Shown: positions 36,198-47,439, numbered from the stretch's first letter. The stretch: DNA of 51,222 bases from Gemmatimonadota bacterium (GCA_036679645.1 JAZDCY010000023.1:1-51222); one strand, 5' to 3'. Made by a program: numbers and translations. Notes: generated by a model not told the origin, from the letters alone.

Positions 36198-38414
36198 CTA
36201 GTCGGGGACCGACACGGTCCGCGTCGCCACAACCGTCCGCGCCGTGGCATCGGTCACGCGCACCGCGAATACGTAGCGCCCGGGTGACAGTGTCGAGACG
36301 TCCAGCGTCACCGCATCCACGTACGCGCCATCGGATCGCGCGGGGACCGTTCGCCGATAGGCTAGCACCGCGACCTCATCACCCTCGGCAGTGAGGCCGA
36401 GCACGTCGCCGATCCCGCCGACTACCCTTGCGAAGATCCCGCGGCGAGCGAGGGCCGTGGGCTCGAGTCGCAGCTCCACGTCGTACGTCACGCTGCCGGC
36501 GGAGTCCGCTGCCAATTCGTAGGACTCCCACACGAGGGCGAGCGAATCACCGGGAATCGTGTCCCGCACAGGGTGAATCTCGAGGTCCGTCCAGCGTCCT
36601 GCATTCGATGGCGCGGTGACCATCCGTCCGAGCAAGAGGTCAGACATATCCGGGCCCGAGTTGGCCGCTGCGCGGAGGTGGATCGGCAGCGCACCCCGGA
36701 GGGTCGCCTCGGGGCCCAACGTTTCGACCCGCACGACCGCAGGCCCGGCCGGGAGATCGACCGTCCCCAGCACGCCACGAGGTCCCCCATACGTGCGAAG
36801 CACCTGGCCCACTCGCACGGCGGGCGAGCTATCTGCCGCGCCGAGGATCGCGATGGAGTCGCCGGCCCAAGCGAGTGCCGGGGTCTCGCCGAAGACGGCC
36901 ACGGTCACGAGCCCCGGCACGTCTCCTCTGAACTGCGCTGCCACGAGCGGAAGCGAATCCACCGCCGGGAGTGGGACGTTGTCGTAGCGGGCCGGATTCT
37001 TCTTCTGCGCCACGTTCAGGGCGTGGCGCGAAGCGCCGGCAAAGCTCGCCCGCACGTATCCCTGAGCGATCCCGAAAATGAACCGCAGCTGGGACGGTAA
37101 GTAGACCCAGAGGATGCGGTTCCGCTCCCGGTCGAGCCGCTCGCCCGGATTCATTCGCACGCGGTCCGGATCCTGGTGCCGGCCCCACACCACCACCACC
37201 GGATCGCGATCCGCACCCGAGGAGCCGAGCGTCGCTTCCAAGTCGGGCGGCCCGTAGCGCACGTACACGGCGCCGCGTTCCGTCTCCCAGCCCCGGTAGC
37301 CGTGAGCGGGATCCGCCCAACGGTAATCGGCATAGGTGACGCGCGCGTAGAACTCCGTCCGGGGTTTGTTGCCGGTGGTGATCCATAGAGGATCCCAAGC
37401 CCGCCAGTGGATCACCCGTTCGCGCTCACGCTGCTGTGCGTCCCCGTCGGCGTAGATCGCGCCCGCATCCTGCGTGAGCACCAGCGGAATGTGCTCGTAC
37501 GGGGCCCGAGCGGCCGGGTCCAGCAATCGGAGTGCGGAATCGTATGCGGCTTCAGCCTCTTCCCAGGCGTCAGCGCGTGCGAGCGCGAGCCCGTAGAGCG
37601 CCCACGCCTGGCCATTCTTGGGCGCGTTGTTCACGAGGCGGCGGGCAACGGCGGCGGCGCTGTCCCACGTTCGGCCGGCGCCAATGGCCACCACCAGGAG
37701 CCCGGCTACGTCGAGATCGATCGAGTCCAGGCGGTGCGCCTCCTGCAGGCTTCGCTCGGCCACTGCCCATTCCACAATGCCACCGCCCTCCGCACGCAGC
37801 ACACGACCGAACAGGTCCTCGACGTACTCCCAATCGTTGAGAAACGCGTCCTGATCGATGTCGTAGACGGTGCCGGTCAATCGATGACGGTGCGCGCGCT
37901 GCTCGTAACGCTGCCAGTCGAGCCGACCGCGTGTGGAGAGGGCTCGAGCGAGATGCGGCGAACCTGAAGCGCGGGCCGCAGTCACCGCGCGGTTCACCGC
38001 GCGCGACACCTGGAGACGGACGGTCACGTAGGTTTGGGAGTAGAACACGCTGGCGAGAGCGAGCCAGTACTGTGCCGAGTCGGAGGCGAAGCGGGTCGCG
38101 AGCCGCAGGTGCTCCTCGGCCTGACGCCGATCGGCACTCAGGTTTTCCCCGGGGGTGAAGCGGGCAAAGCGGAGGATGCCAAGCCGGTAGTGGGCCTCGG
38201 CGTTCCGAAAGTCGCGACGGATGGCTCGCTCGAGCAACCGGATAGCATCCGCAGAATCGTCTGCTGTGGCGAGACGGTCCACGTCCGGCAACGCCTGCGC
38301 CGGGAGGGCCACTGCGGAGGTCAGGAGCGCCGCAGCGGCGACTCCGACACGCCGCCACTCTCGCAGGACGCAGCGTGACGACTGGACTACCTCCACCACC
38401 CAGTCATGCTTCAT
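36198..38414 (-). CDS. GWxTD-domain protein with TPR-like repeats
   Basis: WRAWDP..EFYARVTYAD..GWETERGAVYVRYGPPD; exact start uncertain. Confidence 0.8.
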   Translation of the reverse strand: MKHDWVVEVVQSSRCVLREWRRVGVAAAALLTSAVALPAQALPDVDRLATADDSADAIRLLERAIRRDFRNAEAHYRLGILRFARFTPGENLSADRRQAEEHLRLATRFASDSAQYWLALASVFYSQTYVTVRLQVSRAVNRAVTAARASGSPHLARALSTRGRLDWQRYEQRAHRHRLTGTVYDIDQDAFLNDWEYVEDLFGRVLRAEGGGIVEWAVAERSLQEAHRLDSIDLDVAGLLVVAIGAGRTWDSAAAVARRLVNNAPKNGQAWALYGLALARADAWEEAEAAYDSALRLLDPAARAPYEHIPLVLTQDAGAIYADGDAQQRERERVIHWRAWDPLWITTGNKPRTEFYARVTYADYRWADPAHGYRGWETERGAVYVRYGPPDLEATLGSSGADRDPVVVVWGRHQDPDRVRMNPGERLDRERNRILWVYLPSQLRFIFGIAQGYVRASFAGASRHALNVAQKKNPARYDNVPLPAVDSLPLVAAQFRGDVPGLVTVAVFGETPALAWAGDSIAILGAADSSPAVRVGQVLRTYGGPRGVLGTVDLPAGPAVVRVETLGPEATLRGALPIHLRAAANSGPDMSDLLLGRMVTAPSNAGRWTDLEIHPVRDTIPGDSLALVWESYELAADSAGSVTYDVELRLEPTALARRGIFARVVGGIGDVLGLTAEGDEVAVLAYRRTVPARSDGAYVDAVTLDVSTLSPGRYVFAVRVTDATARTVVATRTVSVPD

Positions 38415-39081
38415 ACGACAGCGCCGGATACCATTTCTCGCCACGGCCCTCCGGCGTCAGATCCAGCACGTTCCAGAGAGGCCACATCATATCGACGTGC
38501 CGCATGTCTCCGCCCTCGTACGGCCTGCACAGCAACTCCGAGCCCCAGTAATGAAAGACGTTGTCATCCCGCTTCACGAACACGTTGGCCATGGGCCACT
38601 GGTTGCCCTCGTGATCTTCCGCGAAGTAGTCTGACTGATACGTGTTACTAGCCGACGACAGCAGATGCAAGTTCGTCCAGCCGCGCGCCGCCGTGAAAGT
38701 CGTAATGCGTTCGATGGGCGACCGTGCCACCACGGCGAGATTCATACGCTGCGTGATGTGCACCGCGTTCCCGTTGAGACCGTCGAGTATGGAGGTGCAC
38801 AGCGGGCACGCTTTCTTCATGTTCGGGCCGTACATGAATCCGTAGACGAAGAGGCTGTCCTTTCCGGGTGCGAACAGCTCCGAGAGCTTCACCTGCGCCA
38901 CGCGACCGTCGATCATCTCGTCGAACACGTAGTCCATCTTCACGGCCCCGCCCAGTGGCAACGCCCTCCTCATTGCCGCGACGTCCTCCGTTTGCTGGCG
39001 CAAGGCCGCCTCCGCGTCGAGCAAGTTGTTACGTGCCTCTCGGTACGCGGCGGATTCGTTGGGAAATGTCGGCTGTTCCAT
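38404..39081 (-). CDS. DUF899-family thioredoxin-like protein
   Basis: FPNES..YR, RRALPLG, ACPLC, RHVDMMWPLWNVLDLTPEGRG. Confidence 0.88.
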   Translation of the reverse strand: MEQPTFPNESAAYREARNNLLDAEAALRQQTEDVAAMRRALPLGGAVKMDYVFDEMIDGRVAQVKLSELFAPGKDSLFVYGFMYGPNMKKACPLCTSILDGLNGNAVHITQRMNLAVVARSPIERITTFTAARGWTNLHLLSSASNTYQSDYFAEDHEGNQWPMANVFVKRDDNVFHYWGSELLCRPYEGGDMRHVDMMWPLWNVLDLTPEGRGEKWYPALSYEA

Positions 39082-39149
39082 CAGTTGCGCCCTCGTTGGT
39101 CACAGATTGCAGCAGCGTGCAGCGCTCGGTGTTCAGTGTTCAGCGTTGC

Positions 39150-39743
39150 CTACAGCTCCACCCGCTTGCGCAAGATCGACTTGCCCCGGTATTCGCGCGC
39201 GCCCGGGAAGTTCGGCTCGACAGTCTTGCGTTTCCCAACCCAATCGTCGATGTCCACACGGAACACGCTCGTGCGTTGCAACTCGTCGTCCGTGATCGCG
39301 CTGTAGTCCGCCCCGGGTCGCAGATCTGCGAAGTATTTATCGAGCAACTGCTGCAACGCCCGCTCCTGCTCGGCACGATCCTCCACGATGCACCCGCGAC
39401 CGAAGACGGTCACGCCCGCGTACTCCGTGCTGAACTCCAACGCCGTGTCGGCCGGGAGGAGGCGCCCGATCTCGAACACCGTGAAACACACCTTGCAACC
39501 TCCCTCCAGGGTACTCCGCGTGCGCCCCACCCGCGCCGTATGCAGGTAAATGGCACGTCGCGCGCGATCGTAGACGAACAGGTTGCTGTTGAGGAACGGC
39601 TGGCCGCCTTCCACCGTTGCCAGGACGCCGACACCAGCCACTGCCAGCATCTCCTCTATCCACTCGTCATCCCGCACCGCGCGATCGCTGCGGCGCACGG
39701 CGGTGAGGCCGTCACTCTTCATCGGCAGCTCTTCGTTCGGCAT
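39150..39743 (-). CDS. Pyridoxamine 5'-phosphate oxidase-like flavin-binding protein
   Basis: VRRSDR, IYLHTA..G, VCFTV, FSTEY.GVTVFG. Confidence 0.82.
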   Translation of the reverse strand: MPNEELPMKSDGLTAVRRSDRAVRDDEWIEEMLAVAGVGVLATVEGGQPFLNSNLFVYDRARRAIYLHTARVGRTRSTLEGGCKVCFTVFEIGRLLPADTALEFSTEYAGVTVFGRGCIVEDRAEQERALQQLLDKYFADLRPGADYSAITDDELQRTSVFRVDIDDWVGKRKTVEPNFPGAREYRGKSILRKRVEL

Positions 39744-39752
39744 CGCAAGACC

Positions 39753-40229
39753 TCATTGCTCGTACCGACGTGCGAGATACGCTTCGGTACCCGGCGCGCC
39801 GTCTGCCAGCATGGTTTCGATAAACGCTCCCCGCTCGTACCAGATGACGGCTAGATCCCAGACACAAACCGACTCGGCACCCTCGGCGGCCCGCCACCGA
39901 TCTCCTGGATCGAAGCCGCGCACCCAGATCCGAAGCGGCAATTCGTTGTGTCGGTCCCACCAGCCGGTGACCAGGTAATGCACCGAGTTCCCCTGGTGCG
40001 CAATCACAAACCCCACTCCCGGCCGCTCGTCGGTGACCGCCGGCGTCGGGAGTGTCTCCGCCAGCATCCTCCACACGCCGTCATACGCCGCCCAGTCGAT
40101 CTCCCCATCGCCGCATACAATGGAATAGAGCTTCAAGCGCCAGTCGCCGAAGGAGCGCACCTCGCAAAATCGTGTAATACGTTCTCTGTAAGGTTCAACG
40201 GGCGTCCAGTCATTTGTCACAACACTCAT
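39753..40229 (-). CDS. Conserved hypothetical protein
   Basis: WRLKLYSI, GFVIAHQG, WW..NEL, CVWDL.VI..ER; GGAG RBS. Confidence 0.65.
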   Translation of the reverse strand: MSVVTNDWTPVEPYRERITRFCEVRSFGDWRLKLYSIVCGDGEIDWAAYDGVWRMLAETLPTPAVTDERPGVGFVIAHQGNSVHYLVTGWWDRHNELPLRIWVRGFDPGDRWRAAEGAESVCVWDLAVIWYERGAFIETMLADGAPGTEAYLARRYEQ

Positions 40230-40572
40230 CTCCAGTCGTCTAGTATTCCTCATCTGCCGTCACATTGTCGAATCGTAATCGTGTCGCAACGCTACAATAC
40301 GACTGTCCAGCCATATCTTGGATTCAAGAGTACAGGCAATGAGGGGTGCAGGCAGCGAGAGGTACTCCGTGACCTTTGACTTCGAGTTCGATTGAGCCGT
40401 GCAGTCACATTCTCGGCCCTAATCGTCCTGCTGACGCCCAGCTGACCTGAAGGCCGGCTCGAGCCTACCCCGCCCACACAGTGATCCGCGTACGCCCCCG
40501 TTGCCGCGCCGAGGAATCGCTGAACAAATATATTGACTTGACAAACCAATATAAATAGCCCAGCTATGTGTC

Positions 40573-41049
40573 ATGACTACCAAGACCCTCGCTTGGGACC
40601 TCATGCGGTTCTATCCCCGGATTTTCTTCGCCTGTCACCTTCGCCACCGGCGCGATCCGAAGACCGGGGAGGAGCTGAGCGCCCATCAGGGGAGCACCCT
40701 CGATCACCTCGACGAGAGAGACGGGACTCGCGTGGGAGAGCTTGCGAGCCACATGGGCGTTACGCCGGGCACGATGTCGATCAACATCGACCGGCTCGAG
40801 CGTAAAGGCTACGTGGTACGGATGGGTGATCCGGACGACAGGCGACGGGTTCTCGTGCGGCTGACCGAGGCGGGGGTGCGGGTCAAGGAAGCGAACAGCG
40901 TGCTCGATCCCGGGTTGGTCGAGGCGCTCCTCGAGGGCTTGGCACCCAACGAGAGACGAGCCGCGATCGACGGGCTCAGGATTCTGGCCGAGGGCGCCGA
41001 GCGGCTGATGGCGGAGCGCGCAGTGGAGCCAGCCAACAAGGCAGGATAG
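40573..41049 (+). CDS. MarR-family regulator
   Basis: ELASHMGV..IDRLERKGYV..DRRRVLVRLTEAG; upstream TATATTG-N11-CAATATA dyad. Confidence 0.9.
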   Translation: MTTKTLAWDLMRFYPRIFFACHLRHRRDPKTGEELSAHQGSTLDHLDERDGTRVGELASHMGVTPGTMSINIDRLERKGYVVRMGDPDDRRRVLVRLTEAGVRVKEANSVLDPGLVEALLEGLAPNERRAAIDGLRILAEGAERLMAERAVEPANKAG

Positions 41050-41051
41050 GA

Positions 41052-41588
41052 GTGAAAAAAATGATACGGGTCGTCTTGGTCATACTGATATCCGGAGTAG
41101 CGCTCTTCGGCGTCGTCTTCGTCATCGGAAGCCTGCTGCCTGTCGCCCACGTGGCGTCCGTCAGGGCAACGTTCCTGGCCAGTACCGAAGACGTCTTCGC
41201 GCTGATCTCCGACTATCAGCAGCACCCCTCTTGGCGACCGTCGGTCGAGCGAATCGAGGAACTCCCGCCGCGAGACGGGAAGCCGGCATGGCAGGAGATC
41301 GGGAGCACCGGACCACTCCCCATGGAGCTGACCGAGAGTGATCCGCCCCGGTCGATGGTCACGACGATCCTGTCCGAGGGGATGCCGTTCGGTGGACGCT
41401 GGATTTACGACGTTGAGACAACCGCGGAGGGTACGGTTCTCACGATCACGGAGGAAGGCGAGGTCTATAACCCGATCTTCCGGTTCGTGAGCCGCTTCAT
41501 CATGAGCCACCACAAGACCGCCACCACGTATCTCCAGGATCTCGGGCGCAAGCTGGGAAACGACGTGGCAGTGGAAGTCGTCCGCTAG
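41052..41588 (+). CDS. SRPBCC-family protein
   Basis: VFALISDY..PSWR, FGGRW, TITEEGEVYNPIFRF. Confidence 0.8.
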   Translation: MKKMIRVVLVILISGVALFGVVFVIGSLLPVAHVASVRATFLASTEDVFALISDYQQHPSWRPSVERIEELPPRDGKPAWQEIGSTGPLPMELTESDPPRSMVTTILSEGMPFGGRWIYDVETTAEGTVLTITEEGEVYNPIFRFVSRFIMSHHKTATTYLQDLGRKLGNDVAVEVVR

Positions 41589-41659
41589 CTTTCCTCAGGA
41601 AGTCAGTCCGCGTTGTCTTCACTCCGCGGGAAACCCATGATACGCGCTCGAGAGCGCAG

Positions 41660-41741
41660 TACCCTGACACTACGCCTCGCAATCTTCGGTGATCCGGACG
41701 GCAACGATCTGTACCTCGCGGAGGTGCAAAAGAGGGACTAG
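41660..41741 (+). pseudogene. C-terminal remnant of a VOC/glyoxalase gene
   Basis: LRLAIFGDPDGNDLYLAEV* with no start. Confidence 0.4.
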
Positions 41742-42008
41742 TCCACAAGGTGACGGCGCGGTGGATCGTGTGCGCCGCCTTGACCGGCACCAGTTTCGGT
41801 GTATATTCGGGTCCCGCCGGCCGACCCTGCTCGCCTATCAGTCCGACCCGAAACCGCAATCGCGTGGTGACGGTCTAACGTGACGGCAGGTAAGCCGCTC
41901 CGTTGCGCACAACGGGCTCGGGCGCCGTTCGCTTCTACGGCTTTCACGTAAGGATCGTTCGTGAAGGCGTGATGTACTAGGTGGGACGTACCACGAAGGG
42001 ATTTTTCA

Positions 42009-45000
42009 GTGAAGCTCTCCGACATGGCCATTCGTCGCCCCGTCCTAGCCAGCGTCATGAGTGTGGCGCTCGTGCTGTTCGGTGCAATTGGATTCACTCG
42101 CCTGCCCGTTCGCGAGTTCCCGGACGTGGACGCGCCCGTCGTGACGGTCACCACCATCCTCCGGGGCGCAAATCCCCGGGTGATGGAATCGGCCGTCACC
42201 GACATCCTAGAGGAAGAGCTCAACACCATCCCGGGACTGCGGACGCTCACCTCGTCTTCTGCGGAGCAAGTCTCGACGATCACGCTAGAGTTCACTCTCG
42301 ACCGTGAGATCGAGGCGTCGGCGCAGGACGTGCGTGATAAGGTGGCGCGCGTGCGTGGCCGGCTCCCCCAGGAGATCGAGGAACCCGTCGTCACGAAACA
42401 GGACGCAGATGCGCAGCCGTTTTTCTGGCTCGCACTCTCGGGGGCCAACTACAGCCTGCTCCAGCTCTCGGACATTGGCGACCGCGTGGTGAAGAACCGT
42501 CTCCAGAGCCTCCCGGGGGTCGGGCAGGCGCAGATCTTCGGCGAGCGGCGCTACTCAATGCGGATCTGGCTGTCGGCCTCAGAGCTGGCAGCCCGCGGGC
42601 TCACGGTCCAGGACGTGACCTCCGCCGTGCGCGCCCGGAACGTCGAGATTCCCGCCGGCCGGATCGAGTCGGAGCGCCGGGAGTTCAGCGTCCGCTCGCT
42701 GGGTGAACTCAAGACACCGGCAGAGTTCGCTAACGTCATCGTTTCGAGCGCCAACGGGCAGGTCGTCCGGCTCAGTGATCTCGCCCGCGTGGAGCTGGGA
42801 CCCGAAGACGAACGCCGCACCATGCGGTGGAACGGGAATGCGACCGTCGGCATCGGCGTCGTGCGCCAATCGAAGTCCAATCTGATCAAGGTGTCGGACG
42901 GCATCCGCGCAGAGCTGCCCGACATCAACGACGCGCTGCCCCCGGGCGTCCGGCTCGACGTCGCCTTCGACGGCGCCACCTTCGTGCGCCGCTCAATTCA
43001 GGAAGCCGAGTACACGCTGTTGCTGGCCGGCGGGCTCGTCGTACTCATCATATTCTTTTTCCTCAGGAACCTGCGCGCGACCATCATTCCCGGACTCGCC
43101 ATCCCGACGTCCATCGTTGCGGCGTTCGGGATCATGTACTTCCTCGGATTCACAATCAACAACCTGACCTTGTTGGCGTTGATTCTTGCCATAGGTATCG
43201 TGGTCGACGACGCGATCATCGTGATGGAGAACGCGTACCGCCATCAGGAGGAACTGGGCGAGAGCCCCGAACAGGCGGCCATGAAGGGCACGAGTGAGAT
43301 CGCGTTCGCCGTGATCGCCACGACGATCGCGCTCGTCGCGGTGTTCTCGCCACTCGCATTTCTGCAGGGCACCACGGGACGGTTGTTCAACGAGTTCGGG
43401 ATCGCGCTCACGGGTGCCGTCATCATCTCGAGTTTCGTGGCGCTTACGCTCACGCCCATGTTGAGCGCCAAGATCTTGCGCGTGCCCAAGAGCCACGGCC
43501 CGCTGTTCAACTTTTTCGAGAACACGTTTCTCACAGTCACCAACAAGTACAAGGACTCGCTCGGGTTTGCGGTCAAGCACCGGCTGTTCGTCATGATCGG
43601 GGCCGTGGCCGTCGTGGCCAGCGCAGGAGTCGTGTTTCGGTCGCTCAAGCGTGAGTTCGTCCCACCGGAAGACCGCGGCATGTTCATCACCTTTGTCGTC
43701 GCACCCGAGGGATCGTCGCTCGAGTATACCGACGGCTACATGCGCCAGGTCGAGGCCATCCTCGCGCAAACCGAGGATGTCGACGTCTACTTCAGCGGCG
43801 TTGCGATATTTGGGCCGGTGAGCACCGGGATGGCCTTTGCGCGCCTCAAGGATTGGGACGAACGGGATCGCACAGTCCAAGAAGTGCTCGCCGAGGTGCA
43901 GCCGCGCATGTTAGGCATTCCGGGCGTCTTTGCGTTCGCGAGCAATCCGCCGGCCTTTGGGTGGGGTAACCCCGTCAATTTCGTCGTACGGCATCCCGAC
44001 TTCGATTCGCTGCAAGTCGGGATGAACGCGCTGATCCAGCGCGCACGCCAGATTCCGGGCTTGATCAACGTCGATACCGACCTCAGAGTGAACAAGCCCG
44101 AGCTGTCGGTGACGTTCGAGCGCGACCGGGCTGAGGATCTCGGCGTCCCGATCGCCGATGTGTCATCCGCGCTGCAAGCGCTGCTGGGCGGGCAACGCAT
44201 CAGTACGTTCACGCGCGATAACAAGCTGTACGATGTCATCGTGCAGCTCGATCCAAAAGAGCGCAGTACGCCGAGTGACATATCCGGCATCTACCTGCGT
44301 GGCCGGGACGGCGCGCTGGTTAACTTCGATGCCCTCGCTCGCCTCAGCGAGGGCGTCGGGCCAACCTCGCTGGCCCATTTCGACCGCCTGCGATCGGCCA
44401 CGCTTACCGGCGGTCTCGCCCCCGGGTTCACACTCGGCGAAGCGCTCGATTCGCTCAATGCCGCAGCGGCGGAAGTACTACCGAGTGGGAGCAGTGTCGC
44501 ACTGACCGGTGAGTCACGGGAGCTCGAGGAAAGCGGCTCGGCGCTCTATTTCGCGTTCGTACTCGCCATCGTCGCCGTGTTCCTAGTGCTCGCGGCCCAG
44601 TTTGAGTCTCTAGTGCATCCGCTGACGGTCTTGTTGTCCGTGCCGCTCGCTGTCACGGGTGCGCTCGTCACGTTGTTGCTCACCGGGTCGACCATCAACC
44701 TGTACAGTCAGATAGGGATGATCCTTCTGATCGGACTCGTCACCAAGAACTCCATTCTGCTCGTGGAGTATGCCAACCAACTCATGCGTAAGGGCATGAC
44801 CGCGCTCGACGCCGTCATTGAGTCGGGCCGAATACGATTTCGACCCATCGTGATGACATCGGTTGCCACGGTGATGGCGACGCTTCCCATCGCCTTGGGC
44901 CTCGGTGCCGGATCGATGAGTCGGCGGCCGCTGGGATACGCCATCGTGGGCGGTCTCATCTTCTCCACGCTGCTCACGCTGTACCTCGTGCCAGTCGTCT

Positions 45001-45080
45001 ACGTGCTGCTCGATGCGCTGAGCGCGAGGGTGACCGCGCGCACACCCGCGTCCACGATCGCACAGGCGGAGGCCAGCTGA
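42009..45080 (+). CDS. AcrB/AcrD/AcrF-family RND permease
   Basis: IRRPV, LPVREFPDVD, GIVVDDAI, VTKNSIL, RFRPI. Confidence 0.93.
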   Translation: MKLSDMAIRRPVLASVMSVALVLFGAIGFTRLPVREFPDVDAPVVTVTTILRGANPRVMESAVTDILEEELNTIPGLRTLTSSSAEQVSTITLEFTLDREIEASAQDVRDKVARVRGRLPQEIEEPVVTKQDADAQPFFWLALSGANYSLLQLSDIGDRVVKNRLQSLPGVGQAQIFGERRYSMRIWLSASELAARGLTVQDVTSAVRARNVEIPAGRIESERREFSVRSLGELKTPAEFANVIVSSANGQVVRLSDLARVELGPEDERRTMRWNGNATVGIGVVRQSKSNLIKVSDGIRAELPDINDALPPGVRLDVAFDGATFVRRSIQEAEYTLLLAGGLVVLIIFFFLRNLRATIIPGLAIPTSIVAAFGIMYFLGFTINNLTLLALILAIGIVVDDAIIVMENAYRHQEELGESPEQAAMKGTSEIAFAVIATTIALVAVFSPLAFLQGTTGRLFNEFGIALTGAVIISSFVALTLTPMLSAKILRVPKSHGPLFNFFENTFLTVTNKYKDSLGFAVKHRLFVMIGAVAVVASAGVVFRSLKREFVPPEDRGMFITFVVAPEGSSLEYTDGYMRQVEAILAQTEDVDVYFSGVAIFGPVSTGMAFARLKDWDERDRTVQEVLAEVQPRMLGIPGVFAFASNPPAFGWGNPVNFVVRHPDFDSLQVGMNALIQRARQIPGLINVDTDLRVNKPELSVTFERDRAEDLGVPIADVSSALQALLGGQRISTFTRDNKLYDVIVQLDPKERSTPSDISGIYLRGRDGALVNFDALARLSEGVGPTSLAHFDRLRSATLTGGLAPGFTLGEALDSLNAAAAEVLPSGSSVALTGESRELEESGSALYFAFVLAIVAVFLVLAAQFESLVHPLTVLLSVPLAVTGALVTLLLTGSTINLYSQIGMILLIGLVTKNSILLVEYANQLMRKGMTALDAVIESGRIRFRPIVMTSVATVMATLPIALGLGAGSMSRRPLGYAIVGGLIFSTLLTLYLVPVVYVLLDALSARVTARTPASTIAQAEAS

Positions 45081-46357
45081 TGCTCTTTCTGCTCGCGGCG
45101 CTACAGGTCGGCACGCCAGACCAGCTCCCCCAAGTGACGCTGGAGGACGCGCTGCGAATGGGGACGCGGCTCGAGCCGGGCTACGTCACCGCACTGGGCC
45201 AGGTGCGCGACGCCACCTGGCAGCGGCGCGCGGCGTACGCTGCGTTCGTGCTGCCGTCGATCTCACTCCAGACATCGGCGACGCGATTCTCGACGGAGTT
45301 CTTCAACATCGGGACGGGTCAGCCGGCGTCGCAAATCGTCCAACTGAGCCTCACGGCAACCTACGATCTGTTTCGCGGTGGTGCCAAGTTCTTCGAGTTG
45401 GCACAGGCGCGCGCACAACTCGAGCAAGCGGATGCCGGTGCTACCGCGCAACGGTACCAAACGGCACTTTTGATCGAGGCGGACTACTATGACGTGCTCG
45501 CCCAACAGGAACTCGAACGCGTCGCCGAGGCGCGCGTGGGACGGGCGGAGGAGCAACTCGGTGTCGCCCGTGCACGGGTCGTCTCGGGCGCGGCGGTGCC
45601 GACCGACTCTTTGCAACTCCTGCTCGAGCTCACGCGCGCACGGGTTGACCTGTTGCGCCAGCGGTCGCGTCTCACAGTGGCGCACCTGCAGTTGGGGCGC
45701 CGCATCGGTGCGGCCGGGCCGGTGGCGGCAGCGCCCATCGACAACGACATCGCGCCGCTATTGACGCTGACCGCAGACCAGATCGTGCACGAAGCGCTCG
45801 ACAGCGGCCCAACGTTTCAGAGCGCGCTTGCTAGCGCTCGAGCGGCTGCCGCGGGCGTGCGGTCGGGGTGGAGCCTCTACTTGCCGCAGATGGCGCTGAC
45901 GGGACAGTACACGGCATTCGACGATCGTTTCGTACCGACCGCTACGACGCGAACCTCCCTGGGCCTCGCCATAACGATCCCCATCTGGGACGCCGGGCGG
46001 CGGGAGATCTCATTCGCCCAGGCCCGGTCACGCCGGGACATCGCGTACGCCATACGCGATGACACCGAACGGCAAATCCGCCGGGATGCGGTGCAGGCGT
46101 TCGAGGCATATAACACGGCTCGGGCCACCGCGCAGCTCGCCGATCAGGGAGTGCTCGTCGCGCGCGAGAACCTGCGCGTGCAGGAGCAGCGGTACCGGGC
46201 CGGCGCGAGCACAATTCTCGACCTCGTCACGGCACAAGTCAGTCTCACCGAGGCGGAGGCAGATGTCGTGCAAGCTCGATACAGCGCGCGCCTTGCACTG
46301 GCCGGAATGGAGGCAATTCTCGGCCGGCGACTCTCTACGAACCTGAGGCAGCAGTGA
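45080..46357 (+). CDS. TolC-family outer-membrane protein
   Basis: Two OEP repeats; RYRAGASTILDL. Confidence 0.85.
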   Translation: MLFLLAALQVGTPDQLPQVTLEDALRMGTRLEPGYVTALGQVRDATWQRRAAYAAFVLPSISLQTSATRFSTEFFNIGTGQPASQIVQLSLTATYDLFRGGAKFFELAQARAQLEQADAGATAQRYQTALLIEADYYDVLAQQELERVAEARVGRAEEQLGVARARVVSGAAVPTDSLQLLLELTRARVDLLRQRSRLTVAHLQLGRRIGAAGPVAAAPIDNDIAPLLTLTADQIVHEALDSGPTFQSALASARAAAAGVRSGWSLYLPQMALTGQYTAFDDRFVPTATTRTSLGLAITIPIWDAGRREISFAQARSRRDIAYAIRDDTERQIRRDAVQAFEAYNTARATAQLADQGVLVARENLRVQEQRYRAGASTILDLVTAQVSLTEAEADVVQARYSARLALAGMEAILGRRLSTNLRQQ

Positions 46358-47439
46358 TGCGATACGCGAAGTACCTGGCGTTGGCGGTCGGCGCGGCGGG
46401 ATGCAACGGGGCCGAGGCCGATAGCGCGGACGCTGCCGCCGGTTTCGGTGAGGGTGGATTTCCACCCACACCCGTCGACGTCGCCGAGGCGCGGCAGGAT
46501 ACGGTGATCGACCGGATCTTTGCGACCGGACAGATCGAGGCGCTCCAATCAATCGAGCTGCGGCCGGAGGTGGCGGGCCGCATCACGGAGATACTGGTGC
46601 GTGAAGGTGTGGAGGTGCGCCAGGGGACACCGCTGTTTAAGATCGACGACAGCGAGCTGCGCGCACAGGTGGCGCGTCTCCAGGCCGAGCGCGACCTGGC
46701 GCGACAGGCGCTGGAGCGGACACGCGATCTGATGTCGCGCAACGCGTCGTCGCAGTCCGATCTCGAGCAGGCCGAGGCGAGCTTTCGCAGCGCCGAGGCA
46801 CAGCTCGAACTGCAACAGATTCGATTGGACCGGACGCTGGTACGCGCACCCTTCAGCGGTGTGATCGGAAGGCGCTTCGTGAGCCTGGGTGACTATGTGG
46901 ACAACAGCACACGACTCATCACACTTCAAACGGTCGATCCGCAGCGGGTCGCTTTTGCTGTACCGGAACGGTACGCGCAGCGGCTGGCCAACGGTCAGGA
47001 AGTGGTATTTCAGGTGGCCGCGGTCGCCGGTCGGGAGTACACGGGAACGGTGGAGTTCGTGGACCCGGTGGTCGAGCTTCCCGCCCGCACGATCACGGTG
47101 AAAGCACGCGTGCGCAATCGCGACCGCACGCTCAAGAGCGGGATGTTCGTCGAGATCCGCCTCGCTACGGACGTGCGCCCCAATGCCGTCGTCGTACCCG
47201 AGGACGCCATTCTCCCGCTTCAGGGTCTCGACTTCGTGTGGGCCATAGTGGACGGTGCCGCGCAGCGCCGGCAGGTACAGCTCGGCGTTCGGACCCCGGG
47301 ATTCGTCGAGATTCTCAGCGGCGTCGAGGCCGGTGAACTGGTTGTGGTGGGCGGCTTGGAGCGATTGTTCGACGGCGCGCCCGTGATTCCCAACCTCGTG
47401 CGACGCACCGCAGATGACGTACAGCAGCCTGTGAACTGA
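46357..47439 (+). CDS. RND periplasmic adaptor (MFP)
   Basis: Lipobox AAGC; EVAGRI, RAPFSGVIG, GMF. Confidence 0.9.
   Translation: MRYAKYLALAVGAAGCNGAEADSADAAAGFGEGGFPPTPVDVAEARQDTVIDRIFATGQIEALQSIELRPEVAGRITEILVREGVEVRQGTPLFKIDDSELRAQVARLQAERDLARQALERTRDLMSRNASSQSDLEQAEASFRSAEAQLELQQIRLDRTLVRAPFSGVIGRRFVSLGDYVDNSTRLITLQTVDPQRVAFAVPERYAQRLANGQEVVFQVAAVAGREYTGTVEFVDPVVELPARTITVKARVRNRDRTLKSGMFVEIRLATDVRPNAVVVPEDAILPLQGLDFVWAIVDGAAQRRQVQLGVRTPGFVEILSGVEAGELVVVGGLERLFDGAPVIPNLVRRTADDVQQPVN

Noticed and set aside
42009..47439. RND-TolC-MFP gene order
   Set aside because: Order varies among RND operons; nothing else unusual
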